Shown here in pieces: positions 24,905 to 38,431 of a stretch of DNA of 64,000 nt; positions within the stretch are counted from its first letter, which is position 1, and every line of letters begins with the position of its first letter. Both the position numbers and the translations under genes were made by a program. The notes under the pieces are model-generated. The model had not been told where the DNA came from and did not search any database. It saw only the letters and a program-made list of their open reading frames with translations. Source of the stretch: Malacoraja senta. Taxonomy: Eukaryota. The DNA lies in contig CM076001.1 in NCBI GenBank assembly GCA_038087875.1, positions 2,170,001 to 2,234,000 on the forward strand, read 5' to 3'.

Positions 24905-25200
24905 TTAGATTAATTTAGATTAGATATACAACGTGGATATAGGCACTTAGGCCCACCTAGTCCGCGCCGACCAGCGACCGCCCATACTAGTTCCATTCTA
25001 CAGGCTAGGCACAACTTGGAGAAGCCAAGCAACCTCCAAACCCGCACGCCTATGGGATGTGCGAGGAAACCGGAGCACCAGGAGAAACCCCACGCGGTCA
25101 CATGGGGTGCAAACACCACGCAGGCGGCGCCCGTTATCCAGATCGAAGCTGGATCTGCGGCGCAGTCGGTAACAGCTCTACCGCTGCGCCACTGTGCCGT
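24905..25200 (-). mobile_element. HE1-like tRNA-derived SINE
   Basis: Reverse complement begins GGCACAGTGGCGCAGCGGTAGAGCTG (A box) and has the family central domain. Confidence 0.75.
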
Positions 25201-25461
25201 CTTTGTTTCATCGCCTGACCCAATTGAGCCCCAGCTTCATGCGGGACCTACAGTGCCCCAATCCACTGAAACCTTGAGCAGAACAATTCGACCCGCGAAC
25301 GGACGTTGCTCGCATCACACGGCCCCCGGTCAGCGTCCAGCGATCAGGGAGCCTCCTGCGGCCGAGTGCCCCCCAGAGGGCCTCAGCGGCATGGCTCTTT
25401 GCCTCCGCGGCCCCCATGTATTCAATATTATCTGGTTTTCAGTATATTTCTTGTTTTGCAG

Positions 25462-25768
25462 AACGAGGTGATGGAGATTCTGTCACACAAAGCCCGCCAT
25501 CGAGCTTGAAGACAGAAGGGGAACTGGTCGCTCTAAGCTGCACGTATGATACTGCATTGAACTCTTATGTATTGTCCTGGTACCGGCAAAAGCCGGACAA
25601 ACCGCTTCAGTTTATCCTAGCGAAATACTCAAACGGTGGTGAGGACAACGCTGATTTTGCTAAAACGAGGTTCTCGGCGGATCTCCTGACAGGGGCTAAA
25701 GTCACCAAGTTAACTATCTCTGGGCTGCAACTATCCGACTCCGCCGTTTACTTCTGTGCTCTAAGTAG
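25462..25768 (+). CDS. TCR alpha/delta V exon, open frame
   Basis: ERGDGDSVTQSP...ALSCTYDT...LSWYRQKP...SDSAVYFCALSS. Confidence 0.93.
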
Positions 25769-25807
25769 CACAGTGGTTGTGCCCAGTTCAATCGTTATAC
25801 AAAAACC
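25769..25807 (+). other. 23-RSS (perfect consensus)
   Basis: CACAGTG, 23 bp, ACAAAAACC. Confidence 0.95.
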
Positions 25808-26559
25808 TCACCATTGTGTAGATCTCCGATTTTGAGCGATACAGACAGGCTTCGAAAGGCAGGATACAGATTGCGGTTTGCCACAATCAACAGAAATTCC
25901 CTCATCATCCCCCACGCTGTCACGTCGCTGCAAATTGACTTTTCTGAATATCGTCACTGAAATCACCGAACGTTGATCTGACGTGGTTTCTGCTCGGTGT
26001 TTCTCGGCGATTTCACACCGATTAATATTTCTCCTCTGCTTTATTGCGCGGAGAGACATGGAGAATAGGGAACTCGTGAACGAAGATGTCTTTGCGGACT
26101 TTCTATTTTTCAGTCATTTAGGTGCTGAACGCAGTGAACGTATAGAAGGCAGATACATCTCACGCGTAGTCAGTTTTATCCATGTACGCAGTGGGTAAGC
26201 TACAAAAGAAACCACACGAGTACTGAATGAGGAGTCATTGTTAGACATGGGTAAGGTGCCGTAAGACTTCCGGGTCGCAAAGATTGTCCCTCTGTTCAAG
26301 AAGGAGTGAAAGGGGGAAAAACGGGATACATAGAAATCTGGGCCCAGAATTGGAAATAGAATGGCGCACAATTCACATGGATTGGTGACATATCGGGTCT
26401 AACTTTAGACTGAATCTGTATGAAGGTCCTGGCCCGAAACTGCATCTATCCACTTTCTCCAGAGAAGCTGCCTGTCCCGCTGAGTTACTCCAGCATTGTG
26501 TGTCTATATTTGTTATAAACCATCATCTGCAGTTCATTTTTATTCCAAATTTCAATTGT

Positions 26560-26714
26560 TTCTCTCTCTCTCTGTCTTTCTCTGTCTCTCTGTATCTCTG
26601 TCTCTCTCCCATCTCTCTCTCTATCTAGTTTTATTCACTTGCGCTACGAGGATTCTCTCTGTGTGTCTGTCCCTCTCCCTACACTCTCCCCCACACTCTC
26701 CCACTCTCCCTCCC

Positions 26715-26754
<40 letters not shown>

Positions 26755-26840
26755 CCTCTCTCTCTCTCCCTACACGCTCCCCCTACAGACTCATTCTCCC
26801 CTTCTCTCCCTCTCCCCTCTCTCCCTCTCTCCGTCCCTTC
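26560..26840. repeat. (CT)n-rich low-complexity tract
   Basis: Direct inspection. Confidence 0.9.
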
Positions 26841-27689
26841 GTCAGCCTTCAATTTTGTAAGATGCCTATAACCTCATCATTCTGGTTGTGAGTTAGATCG
26901 GTATTTTTTGACTTCCCAGTGCGAAGGGCAAATCTTGTAGAGATTTATAAAATTATGTGGGGCTTCCGGAGGGTGAACAGTCGCAGACATTTTTTTCAAA
27001 AGGTAGGGGAATCTAAAACAAGAGGACATAGATAAACAATGAGAACGGAAATGTTTAAAGGAGTCCGAAAGGAAAAGGTTTTTCGCCACATACGATTTTG
27101 GCGGTATGGAGCATGCTGCCAGGAGATGTGGTCAAAGTTGGTAAAATCACAACGTTTAACACGCACTTCGACAGGCATAGCGGTAGGAAAGATAACATAG
27201 GAATGTGGGTCAAAAGAAAGAAGGGGAATGTGCATAGATAGGTCTTTCGATCAGCATGGAAGAATAGAGCCAAAGGGCCTGCTTCGGTGCTGTAGGACTA
27301 TATAAAACTACAATATTACACCGCCTTAACAGTTTTCATGTTAACGAGTTTTATATGCCTGGAGGTTAAATCGGCACACAACCCACTATCAGCATATCCA
27401 AGGATCCATAAAGGTTTGTCACAGGTTTTCCGGTTTCTTGTCCTTGTGTCTAGAAATGCATCAAGGTTCAGAGGAATTGTGCGTTAACTGTGAACATGTC
27501 TATCTCTCGGCTGCTGAGTACTTGCAGTCTATGCGATGGCGGTTGGAAATGAGGCTCTGACTGTCTACACTCAAATGCTAACCAGTACTAACTGAAATGC
27601 CGCTCAGCTGGGTAGATGACGGAATGCTCCGGGCTGCAATTGTCTGTACAGCTTTAGAGATATGGTGCATTCATGCAAACCGGGCTTGT

Positions 27690-28170
27690 TGGGGGGGGGG
27701 GCAAACCTTCCATCCAGACAATTGCACAGGCTGAATGATTACCAGTGTCGCCAAGTGAAGCGTGTCGAGTGAGGCCCAACGCAAATTGGAGGAACAGCTC
27801 CTCATATTTCGTTCGGGCAGCTGATAACTCAGCGGTATAAATATTGAATTCTGTAACTTCAAGTAACCCTTGCTTTCTCTCTCTCCATCCCTCCCCATCT
27901 TAGTTCACCGACCAGTCTCACTGTCCTCCTGATTAAATCTCATCTCTGTATGCTTCATTGTCACATTCCCCAAGCGAACAATCAGCAACTCTACATTCCT
28001 TTCATCCTCGTCCCCCTTTGATGCCTCGTTTTCATGCCTTACCCATCTATATCTCTGGACCCTCTCTCCTGATTCACAGTGAAGGGTCTCGATCCGAAAC
28101 GTCACCCATTCCCACTATCCAGAGATGCTGCCTGTCCCGCGGAGTTACTCCACCCTTTGTATCTGTCTTC
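27690..28170 (+). mobile_element. Penelope-like element 3' fragment
   Basis: SEAQRKLEEQLLIFR...GINIEFCNFK* then the family terminal block GAAGGGTCTCGATCCGAAACGTCACCCATT. Confidence 0.7.
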
Positions 28171-28869
28171 CAGAAAATCTGCACAGGTTTCCTGATGAGC
28201 CAATGTGTATTATTTGGACCAACGGACAGGTGAAAATAAACAAAAACGTACATATGCTGGAAATCTGAAATGAAAACAAAACTGGCATTCTGCGAGATGC
28301 TCTGGCTACTTTTGTGCACACGTTCTCTCCGAATCTATCGTTGCCACATCTCTCATTCTGAGGGACCCGATCATTTTTCATAGTCCAGCTTGTTGATAAT
28401 AGTCCAACATCTTGTCGTTGATTCCTCTTAATAATTCACCACACTATGTCTCTGACTATTATGTCGTTGAATACTGCATCAATAATTCATTGATGTATTA
28501 ATCAGCCTGCCCCGATGAGTTTCTCAGGCATTTTGTGTCTACCTTCAATAATTGATCTGTAAGGCACACACTGACATCACATTCGACTGACCCTATCTTC
28601 CTGGGTCGAGTACGATAGACACATAACAAATAGCATTGTATTAGGGAGCAGAAATGACTTGAATTCTAGCTGTCCCATAAATGGTAATGACATTGTTTTG
28701 AAAATAACCCACGCGAAAGTGATGGGTTAATTCGTTTAATTTAAAACGCTGGAGCTAGTTCACATTAACATTCATCTCCCCGGAGGGAGACATCGCCTAC
28801 ATAAAAGGAACGCTTATTCAGATTACAAAGGATCAGTCAGAGCCGGAGGACCGTCTCAGTTCAACGAAA

Positions 28870-28939
28870 ATGCACGCTCCACCAAAAGGTCTGCTTTATA
28901 CAATCTACTATATAATCCTCGCAGCAGTCGGCGTCCCTG
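28870..28939 (+). CDS. GPR139-like GPCR exon 1 (MHAPPKGLLYTIYYIILAAVGVP-)
   Basis: ATG, 23 codons plus G, then GTAAGA phase-1 donor; encodes the start of TM1; TATA-like CATAAAA about 70 nt upstream. Confidence 0.82.
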
Positions 28940-28964
28940 GTAAGATTTACGACCAGATTACTTT

Positions 28965-29450
28965 CAAGCTAGAAAGGGTACAGAGGAGATTTACGGGGAT
29001 TTTGCCAGAACAAGTGGGTCTGACCTATCGGGAGAGGTTAAGCAGGCTGCGACTCTATTCCTTGAAGCACAGGAGGATGATGGTGATCTTATAGAGGTGT
29101 ATAAAATCACGAAAGGAATAGATCCGCACAGAATCGCCCAGAGTAGGCGAATCAAGGACCAGACAACATATGTTTAAGGTGAAGGGGAAAAGATGTTATA
29201 GGAATTTGAGGGGTAACTTTTCCATACAGAGGGTGGTGGGTGTATGGAGCAAGCTCTCAGAGGAGATAGTTGAGTCTGGGACTATCCCATCGTTTAAGAA
29301 GCAGTTGGACAAGTGTATGGATAGGACAGGCATGGAGGGATATGGACCAAACGCGGGCAGATGTGACTAGTGCAGCTGCGACATGTTTGCCGGTGTGGGC
29401 AAATTGGGCCGGAGGTCCTGTTTCCACGCTGTATCAATCTTTGGTTATTA
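28965..29450 (+). mobile_element. CR1 3' fragment in the GPCR intron
   Basis: LERVQRRFTGILP...RLRLYSLKHRR; WSKLSEEIV. Confidence 0.75.
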
Positions 29451-30983
29451 TTGCCAGCATGTCGCTGTTAACGTAATACAATTGGAATTATGTTTGGAAG
29501 CCTCCTACCCCCAGTTTACCCTGTAATAATGCCCACACCTCAGAAACTACCGCATTGCCGCCTTCAGGACTTTTCTTCGTGAGATGACTGTGAGAAACGG
29601 TCATATACAATATTTCGCATTTCTGTAGTTGCCACTGCTGTATCGGTGCTACATTCCGGAACCCGCACGGTTTCACGCTGCCATCCCTGGTCGCATTGTT
29701 TCTATTCCGGATACTGGTTTTAATTTTTTTTTTTTTATTTGCTTCGTATTTTCCTTTGTAAACCGGCCGATAATTATTCCGCCTTGGGTCTTTGCAGCGA
29801 CCCCCTACAGTCCATTCTGGTGTCGTTAAACACTACTTGCTTGGCAGTTATATTGGGCGCACGATAGCCCCTGACACGTGGCTTTTCCCATGACTGGAAT
29901 ATCGAAGCAAGGTTCGATCACTCTGCCTTGTCCACCCTTTAAAACGATCAGCAACATGTTATCCAGAGTTTCTCCTTGCTCAAGAGAAGCCGAAAGACAG
30001 TTCAGTTGGATACGATTTCACTCCATCATCCTGCACAGAACAAAGTTATTCGGAAGAACAAAGTCGTAAACCATGAACTGTCGTCTCAAAGAAAGTTTAA
30101 AGGAACCTAAATAATTCTTTTGGCTTTTAAAAATTAACATGCAGAAAACTTTCAACATTTGCATAATTCAATATTATAGTTTTTATGTGCAGTTTTCTAA
30201 CATTAATAACTTCCACACTTTCATTTGAATATTTTACACTTTTCGTATAGGAGGCTCACTTTTGGCATAATGCCATGTCAGTGAATTCCATCAATTCCAT
30301 CGTTTCTTTCTAATCCACTCCCCCTCTCTCTGCTGTCTGACTGTCTGTCTGCCCGCCTGTCTGTCTTTCTATCTACCTCTATGTTCATATGTTTGTCTAT
30401 CTGCCTCTCTGCCTGTCTGCCCATCTACATGCCATCTATTTTTCTGTCTGCCTCTCTCGGTCTATCTGTCTTTGCATATCACATGCATGAAGTATTTGAT
30501 GCATTTAAGGTTATTTGTATTTTGTTGGAATATACGGGGGGGTGTACTTGGACTCGGAATCCGGAAACAAATTAAAAAAATCAGGAGTTTTTTATCGTGC
30601 ACTCTTTCCTCAGTCTGACAAAGATGTGAAGAAGTAGCAAATGTAAGTGGAATGTTTTCTAATTTGTATCATCGCGGTAATTTCACACACTTAATAAAAT
30701 TACGGCAGCATGCGAACTAATTTCTTAATCAGCAGTGAACACATTAATACTCTGCCAACGATAGTGTCGAGTCAGCTAAGGAACATGACTGAAATTACGC
30801 GAATAGTCCCTGAACATCCCAAATTAGGGAAGAATCCATCTGGCCCCTATGAGAGAAAGTCTTGCTTCTTACCCGCACCGAAACTCATGGGTAATGTTGA
30901 GGGGTGGCCGCTTCTTCAATTCTGGCACAATCAGGGCGATAAGTAAATGCTAGTGTTACCAAGAATTTCGTACATCATTTGAC

Positions 30984-31292
30984 AGGTGGCACGGTGGCGT
31001 AGCGGTGGAGCTACTGCCTTCCAGCGCCATTAACCCGGGTTCGATACTGACTACGGGTGCTTGTCTGGCTGGAGTTTGTACGATCTCCCCGTGATCTGCG
31101 TACGTTTTTACCTAGGTCTTCGGTTTCCACCCACATTCCAAATACGCACAGGTTTGTATGTTAAATGACTTGGTATAAAATGTAAATTGTCCGTCGTGTG
31201 TGTGGGACATGTGTTAATATGCGGGGATCACTGGTCGGTCCAGACTCGATGGGCTGCAGGCCCTGTTAACCGCGCTGTATCTCTAAAACCGA
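30984..31292 (+). mobile_element. HE1-like SINE
   Basis: GGTGGCACGGTGGCGTAGCGG A box, GGTTCGA B box, shared central domain and 3' tail. Confidence 0.78.
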
Positions 31293-31417
31293 AAATATAT
31301 ATTTATATATATATATATTTTAATATGTGTATATATATATTATTTATTTTTCTGTTACGTGACTGTAAGGAAAATCCATTTCATTGTCTCTAAAATGAGA
31401 TAATGACAATAAATTGA

Positions 31418-31443
31418 AAACAACAACAACAACTACAACAACT

Positions 31444-31482
<39 letters not shown>

Positions 31483-31483
31483 G
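31418..31483. repeat. (CAA)n microsatellite
   Basis: Direct inspection. Confidence 0.95.
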
Positions 31484-31843
31484 CAAAAGCACATTCGATA
31501 ATTAATACAGCGCCAGAGACCCGGGTTCGATTCTGACTCTGGGCGTTGTCTGTACGGAGTTGGTACGTTCTCCCTATTTAAAGGTGGAGTAGGTACCGGT
31601 AGCTCGACTATGTGGTGGATGCGGATAACAAGGTTATGATTTGATGGTATTTGTTTGCAAATTGCAGTAATACCAGTTTGGATTTATGTACAATTACATG
31701 AAATATAAATAAATATTAAAAGCTCCTAGTTAAGGAAAGGAAAATATGGAGCAGATTAAAAGGGTCCGAATGACCATCTCACCCGTACTACTTATTTTAC
31801 GGTTCTTTCTCTGAAATTAAATTCCGCATTTGTTTTCTTGCAG

Positions 31844-32742
31844 CAAACGTGGTGACGGTGGCAATCCTTTCCCGGGGAAAGTGTGGTCTCTCCAGCTGTG
31901 TCAGTCGTTACCTGGTGTCCATGGCAGTGACGGATCTGCTGGTCATTATCACCGCGGTGATACTCAGCCGGATCAGCGTTACTTACGCAGCGGGCAGTTT
32001 TCTGTCCATTACCCCTGTGTGCAGCCTGAGCAGTGTCCTAATTTATGCGGCCAGGGACAGTTCAGTCTGGTTGACGGTCGCTTTCACTTTCGACCGATTT
32101 GTGGCCATTGCCGACAAGAAACTTAAAACAACTTACTGTACACAGAGGTCAGCCGCCGTGGTTATTGGCCTGGTCTGCGGTCTGAGCTGTTTAAAGAACA
32201 TCCCATTTTATTTTATCTACAAGCCATCCTACGTAATTAATGGCGTCCCCTGGTACTGTAACGTGAAGTCAACCTTTTACAATTTTCCAATGTGGAAGGC
32301 CTTTGACTGGATCGATTGCATTCTCACCCCTTGGCTCCCTTTCGTGCTGATCCTGCTGCTCAACGCTCTGACGGTCAGGCACATTCTGTTCGCCAGCAGA
32401 GCCCGCAGGAGGCTTCGGGCGGGCGGACCGGTAGACAACCGGAGCGACCCGGAAACTGAGAGCCGCAAGAAGTCGATCATCTTACTCTTTGCCATCTCCG
32501 GCAGTTTCATCCTCCTGTGGATGACGTACGTTGCAAACTTCCTCTACGTTGAAATCACCAAAGACAACTATTCCGCTGGCTTTAACTTCAGAGACCCCAA
32601 GTTTGTGTTCCGGGAAGTGGGCAACATGTTACAGCTCCTGAGCTCCTGCTCCAACACCTGCATTTATGCCGCGACCCAGACGAAATTTAGACAGCAACTG
32701 AAGAATCTGGTCCAAATTCCTCTTCGTCTGTGTTTTCGTTGA
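31844..32742 (+). CDS. GPR139/GPR142-like class A GPCR exon 2; intact protein of about 322 aa when spliced
   Basis: ttgcag acceptor, in frame with exon 1 (G|CA AAC); seven hydrophobic segments, AVTDLL in TM2, FDRFVAI (DRY-like), LTPWLP in TM5, SNTCIY in TM7, stop at 32740-32742. Confidence 0.9.
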
Positions 32743-33178
32743 TATTTTTTTTTAAAATGCTGCACAGATTAGGTGCACGGCTTCAGAGAATTGGAACTGA
32801 AAACCGAGGCCCTACATGGTCCTCTCAATCCTTTCTCCGTGGCTTGTAACTAACTTCCTTCTAATGCGGGTTCGACTGCATGCTGAATGATCCGATAGCG
32901 CTGTTTGCACTTCTCATACTGCCCCCTTTCTGGAGCGTTTCCGCGCTCAGAATAGAACATTCAGTCTTTACTACATCCGTGCGAAACACAAATCAATTCT
33001 TCAATCAATCTAAAGAATGACTTGAAACGTTGCCTACCCATGACCTCAAGAGATCCTGCGTCATCCACTGCGTTACTTCACCATGTTATATTCTTCATAA
33101 GATTCCAGCATTTGCAGTTCCTTATTTCCCATTCTACAATAAAGCTGCTTAAGTTTAGTTCGCCGGTTTTTACGGAAA

Positions 33179-33588
33179 NNNNNNNNNNNNNNNNNNNNNN
33201 NNNNNNNNNNNNNNNNNNNNNNNNNNNNNNNNNNNNNNNNNNNNNNNNNNNNNNNNNNNNNNNNNNNNNNNNNNNNNNNNNNNNNNNNNNNNNNNNNNNN
33301 NNNNNNNNNNNNNNNNNNNNNNNNNNNNNNNNNNNNNNNNNNNNNNNNNNNNNNNNNNNNNNNNNNNNNNNNNNNNNNNNNNNNNNNNNNNNNNNNNNNN
33401 NNNNNNNNNNNNNNNNNNNNNNNNNNNNNNNNNNNNNNNNNNNNNNNNNNNNNNNNNNNNNNNNNNNNNNNNNNNNNNNNNNNNNNNNNNNNNNNNNNNN
33501 NNNNNNNNNNNNNNNNNNNNNNNNNNNNNNNNNNNNNNNNNNNNNNNNNNNNNNNNNNNNNNNNNNNNNNNNNNNNNNNNNNNNNNNN
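33179..33588. other. Assembly gap (410 N)
   Basis: Run of N. Confidence 1.
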
Positions 33589-33789
33589 TGTCTGTCAGCC
33601 TATTTGTCTGTTAATCTGTATCAGCCTGTCGATAAATCCATCTATGGTTGATCTTTATGCATCCTTTGTGATTTTCATTATTATTAATGCCGCAGTGTTT
33701 TGATGGCCCGTCTTTATTACTCGTGACCGTCCGTTCGCCACATACTGTATACATGTACAGTACAGACAGAGAGCAATGCAAATACGGAT

Positions 33790-34262
33790 TATAGACAAAA
33801 AAACTGGTGTAACTGAGCGAGATAGACCGTATCTCTGCAGAGAAAGAATGGGTGACGTTTCGGGTCGAGACCCTTCTTCAGACTGGTTAGGAATAAAGGA
33901 AACGAGAGATATAGAGGGTGATGTGGAGAGATAAAGAACAGTGAATGAAAGATATGCAGAAAGGTAACGATGATAAAGGAAACAGGCTCTTTGTAGGGAG
34001 AAAATGAGAAGCTAGTGCTACTTGGGTGGGGGAGGTATAGAGAGAGAGAAGGGATGCCGGGGCTACCTGAAGTGAGAGAAATCAATATTCATACCACTGG
34101 GGTGTAAGCTGCCCAAACGAAATACGAGATGCTGTTCCTCCAATTTGGGATTAGCCTCACTCTGACAATGGAGGAGACCGATGACAGAAAGGTATGTGTG
34201 GGAATGGGAAGGAGAATTAAAGTGTCCAGCAACCGGGAGATCAGGTTGGTTCACGCGGGCTG
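33790..34262 (-). mobile_element. Penelope-like retroelement 3' fragment
   Basis: PVAGHFNSPSHSH...LEEQHLVFRLGSLHPSGMNIDFSHFR* (GIY-YIG C-terminus) plus terminal block. Confidence 0.8.
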
Positions 34263-36959
34263 AGCGAAGGTACTGTAAGTTTACCTATTCTGCAATGAAC
34301 ACGCACTGCTAACGATTCGGCTGGGATTTGATGCCCACACCAGAAAATAAAATAGTTAGCTTCGTCACAACTGCTCTTGCAGCTGATACCTAGCAAAGCG
34401 GCAACCAAGATGATTTTGACGTCAATGCAACCGTCTGTGCAAAATAATCTACTGTATGGAAGCACATGCTATTCGATTGTGTGATTTTATTTGCAGTACA
34501 TTTATTTTTAGTGCTGTCATTATGGGTCATTAGTGGGTCATTATAGCTATACAAAATAAGTTATTTGTAGAGTGTCCAATCACTCCAGCCTTCCTTCAAT
34601 GAGACAGGACACGGGTTCCGGAGTGAACTATTCTGTCTCTTGTGCCACAGGCATAGCCACATCATACCAAATACCACATAAGTACTTCGTAAATTAATAT
34701 TTACCTCAGATTTTCTTTACCTCCATCCCCGCCTCTGCAGCTCACGTTGCACACCAAATTATGAAACTGAAAAATAATTACAACCTAGTAATACAGTCAC
34801 AGAGTCACACAGTTACGCAGCGTGGAAACATGCCCTTCGGTTAAACTTGCAAGGCCGATCAACATGTCCCATCCATGTCAGTCTCACATGCCTGCGTTCC
34901 ACCCATATCCCTCTACACCTGCCCTATCCATGTACCTGTCTAATTGTTTCTTAATCGTCGCGATAATCCCTGCCTCAACTACCTCCGGCATTTCGTTCTA
35001 TACACCCACCACCCTTTTGTATTAAAAGGATACCCCTCAGATTCCTATTATTTTTTCCTCATTCATCTTAAACCTTAGTCCTCTGGTTCTGGATTACCAT
35101 ACTCTGTTCAAGAGGTTTTGTGCGTGTACCGGAACTATTCCTCTCATTATTGTATACATCTCCATAAGATAACCCCTCGCCCTGATGGAACTTTATAACA
35201 TTACGAGAGTCATACATATATATTTGCCAAGGTTGAAATGTCAAAGACTAGAGGCCATTAAGTTTAGAGGCGCAACGCCAAAAGGGGATGTGCGGGGCAG
35301 GTAATTCAGACCGAGGGTGGTAGGTGCATAAACGCACCGCCAAGGCTGAACTTGGAGGCAGATTCAGCAGTGGCATTTAAGATGTTGAGATTGGCAGGGA
35401 CGGAGGTGGAATGTACCATGCCTTGGCAGACGCGGTTGGTACATCTTGGTTCAGGTTCAGCAAAGACAATACGGATCTAAGGCCCTGTTTCTGTACTGTA
35501 CTTTTCTATGTTTTAAACGATACGAGTACGACATCCAATCACGAATATAAACAATGAGAGGGAACCGTTGCTTCAGTTGCTCACCACAAAAGCAGAAATA
35601 TAAAATTCTGGTTTTCTTTTTGTTTAGATTCAACTGACATCCTGCGGTCATGTTTCCTTATGCATTGAAATTAGTTCATCAAATGTTCACTTGGGGTGTG
35701 AGTGTGCGGAAAGTGAGCATGGAGGCTGACTTGTGCACAGAACTAACTTTAGGAGGAACGAGAGGTGTCCTCTGTACAAGCTATTGGACGTTGCGTGAAG
35801 AGAGAAGGATTTCTGAGTACTGCTTTCAATCTGGAGCACCGATATGTGCAAGCGGGTGACACTTTCAAACAACTGAATACACCCACCCGTAAGAGTTGGT
35901 GAAGCGCCAATTATAATGGGCTAACAGGTGCTTTAATAACGACCTCAATGAAATATGCCGTTCAGGCTCGCACAGGCTCCTAGAGTTCTAACCAATATGA
36001 TTGTTGGTGTAAAGTAGAAAGCAACACGGGCGGTTTGGATAGAGAAACGCCCAATCAAGTACAATGTTGAAGTCTATATTAGTAATGCTGAGGATTATAA
36101 TAGAGTTGTTCGATAGGTAGTGAGAAAAAGCATCATCTTTGGCATGCAGGTCCCCTTTGGTACAAGCAGATGGGGAATTCCCTCTGCTTCTATCGGGGAA
36201 GACCGCCCCTGCTCTCCGTTATCGAACAACCAACAGTGTCAAGGGGAACGTACGCCACATTCATTGGGCACCTGAAACAGACCCTTCGGCCAATAATGTC
36301 TGCACCGAACATCGCTGTGTGCTTCCACTCCCCACCCCCCAATTCCTTCCATATTCACCTGACAATAGCACTTGGCCGATCTGCCCCCACCACCATCACT
36401 AGCAGTACATTCAAGGCACCCACAATTCTTTGTTTTAAGAGGTAGCCTCGATGACTCTTTAAACTCTGCCCCTCTCACTTTAAAAGTATGTCGGCTCGAC
36501 TTTCTAATTTCCACCCTGGGAAAAAGGTTTCCGACTCCCTACACTATCTATGTCTCTCATAATCTTGTATATTTTAAATATTTATACCATGTTCCTCATA
36601 ATGAAAACAAGTGGAACAGGCTCCATCCTAATTACGGTTCTGGCTATGAATGCAGCTCACGATGACCGTGTGGATTTCCTCCGGGTGTTCTGGTTTCCTC
36701 CCTCGTGCTAAAGACGGGCATGTCTGTAGGCAAATTGGCCGAGTAGTTAATTGCACCAAGTGTGGATGTTGAATAATCTTAGGGGGTGGGGTCGATGGGA
36801 ATATGTGAAAAATAAAATGGTATTAACCTGGGAATTATTATAACTGGGTGGTTTATGGCCAGGTCGGGCTCGATGGGCCGACGAGCCTTATCTTCTATGA
36901 CTGTGTAACTCTGCGCCTTCTTTCATCGGTATTTCATGTCTTTACAAAAGAGAAACTGA

Positions 36960-36998
36960 TGTTTTTGTACGGCTTCGCCTCTGCTGTGTATGACTGTG
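36960..36998 (-). other. 23-RSS of the supporting Vdelta
   Basis: CACAGTC, 23 bp, ACAAAAACA. Confidence 0.88.
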
Positions 36999-37310
36999 TG
37001 GGGCGAGGCTGGAGTGCACAGTGATATACAGCAGTGTCGCTGATTTGTGGTTTGGGGATCTCGAGCAAAACCGTTTTCTCAGACGGTTCGTGCAAAGCAA
37101 CAATTCGTTCCCCGGGATCCTCTGCTTCATCTTCCGCACCCGATGTGAGTATGCTAAGCAGATACGTCGGTGCTTGCCCTGGTGAGTGTCGGTACCAGAA
37201 TACAGTATGGCGACAGTAACCTGAATATACACACTTCAAGGTAACGCGGCGTCCGGAATCGGCGAACTGCACATGCGGGTTCTGATGCACGCTGAATTTC
37301 CTTTGCAGAT
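36999..37310 (-). CDS. Leaderless supporting TCR delta V exon of the NAR-TCR cassette
   Basis: ctacag acceptor; (D)LQRKFSVHQNP...TLKCVYSGYCRHTVFWYRH...DTAVYHCALQPRP; extra Cys in CDR1 (37213-37215); no leader found in the upstream interval; phase matches the J donor at 39863. Confidence 0.88.
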
Positions 37311-38037
37311 CTGTAGAATGAGAGTGCAAGGAAATCATTTTCTTGTACAGAGGAGGCATTTCTCAGTCACTTCACTTAAAGACCTTCGAAGAAAAACGTC
37401 GCTTGCAATCATTTCTGCTTTAACAAACAGGAACATCGGTGCTGGCTCGAAGGGCCGAATGGCCTACTCCTGCAGCTATCTGTCTATGTTTTCAGTGCTA
37501 AACAAATATTTGAGAGCCTGCTTTGCCTCCCCAACGAGAGAGAATATAAATCAACTGTACGATTTAGCGGCGGGAACGATCTGACGACAGGCCTATTCTT
37601 GGGGCAACAGGGCATCCAGTTCTCAACCGTTGTCCACTTGCACATTAGGAGCTTAAAACCGGAGTCCCACATACCGTTTGATCACAGGTGATGTTGGAAG
37701 TTCAACCTGACTTGGACACTACACAGTTCTTCTACAATTTAAGAACAACGGGCAATTTAGTCTGCAGGGACAATATGGGCCGAAGCGCCTGTTGCCGTGA
37801 ATTATGACTGATTCTATTACTGCATTGCATGTTAATTTGACATTTTAGGTAGTTTTATTTAACTTCTAAATTGCAGTCATTATCTTTGTAACAAACAGAA
37901 AATGTTGCGGAGCAGTCAATTGTGTCTTCCTCAATTTCCAATTCTGAAGAAGGATTGACGACTAGAACCCCCCCACTGACCTGCGGAGATTTTCCTGCAA
38001 TTCCCTTTCAGATTTCCAGCATTTGCAGTTTTTATCC

Positions 38038-38250
38038 ACAGAGGGCAGTGGAGGCCAAATCACTGGATGGATTTAAGAGAGAGTTAGATAGAGCTCCAGG
38101 GGCCAGTGGAATCAAGGGATATGGGGAGAAGGCAGGCACGGGTTATTGATTGGGATCGGCCAGCGATGATCACAATAAATGGCGGTGCTGACTTGAAGGG
38201 TCGAATGGCCTCCTCCTGCACCTATTTTCTATGTTTCTACGTTTATCAAT
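38038..38250 (+). mobile_element. CR1 3' fragment
   Basis: PQRAVEAKSLDGFKRELD...; (CTATGTTT) tail. Confidence 0.8.
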
Positions 38251-38431
38251 GCTAATTTATGTTGTTTGCCGTTCTTCAATACTCAGGTGATTGTGCAAAA
38301 GTCTGAGGTAGCGAAAGGATAAATGCGTATGTGTCACAATCGTCCAAAAGCTAGTCATTTGGGGCATATAGTAACTTAATTGCCTCCTCCTGCACCTATT
38401 TTCTATGCTTCTATGTTTCTCCCCTTTCCCA

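Noticed and set aside
29520-29620. Possible decayed V FR1 on the minus strand (VSHSHLTKKSPEGGNAVV)
   Set aside because: No Cys, Trp or RSS follows; the resemblance may be chance.
37620-37672. MWDSGFKLLMCKWTT as a leader for the 37310 V
   Set aside because: Not hydrophobic enough, and the only nearby GT is a poor phase-0 donor, whereas the acceptor needs phase 1.
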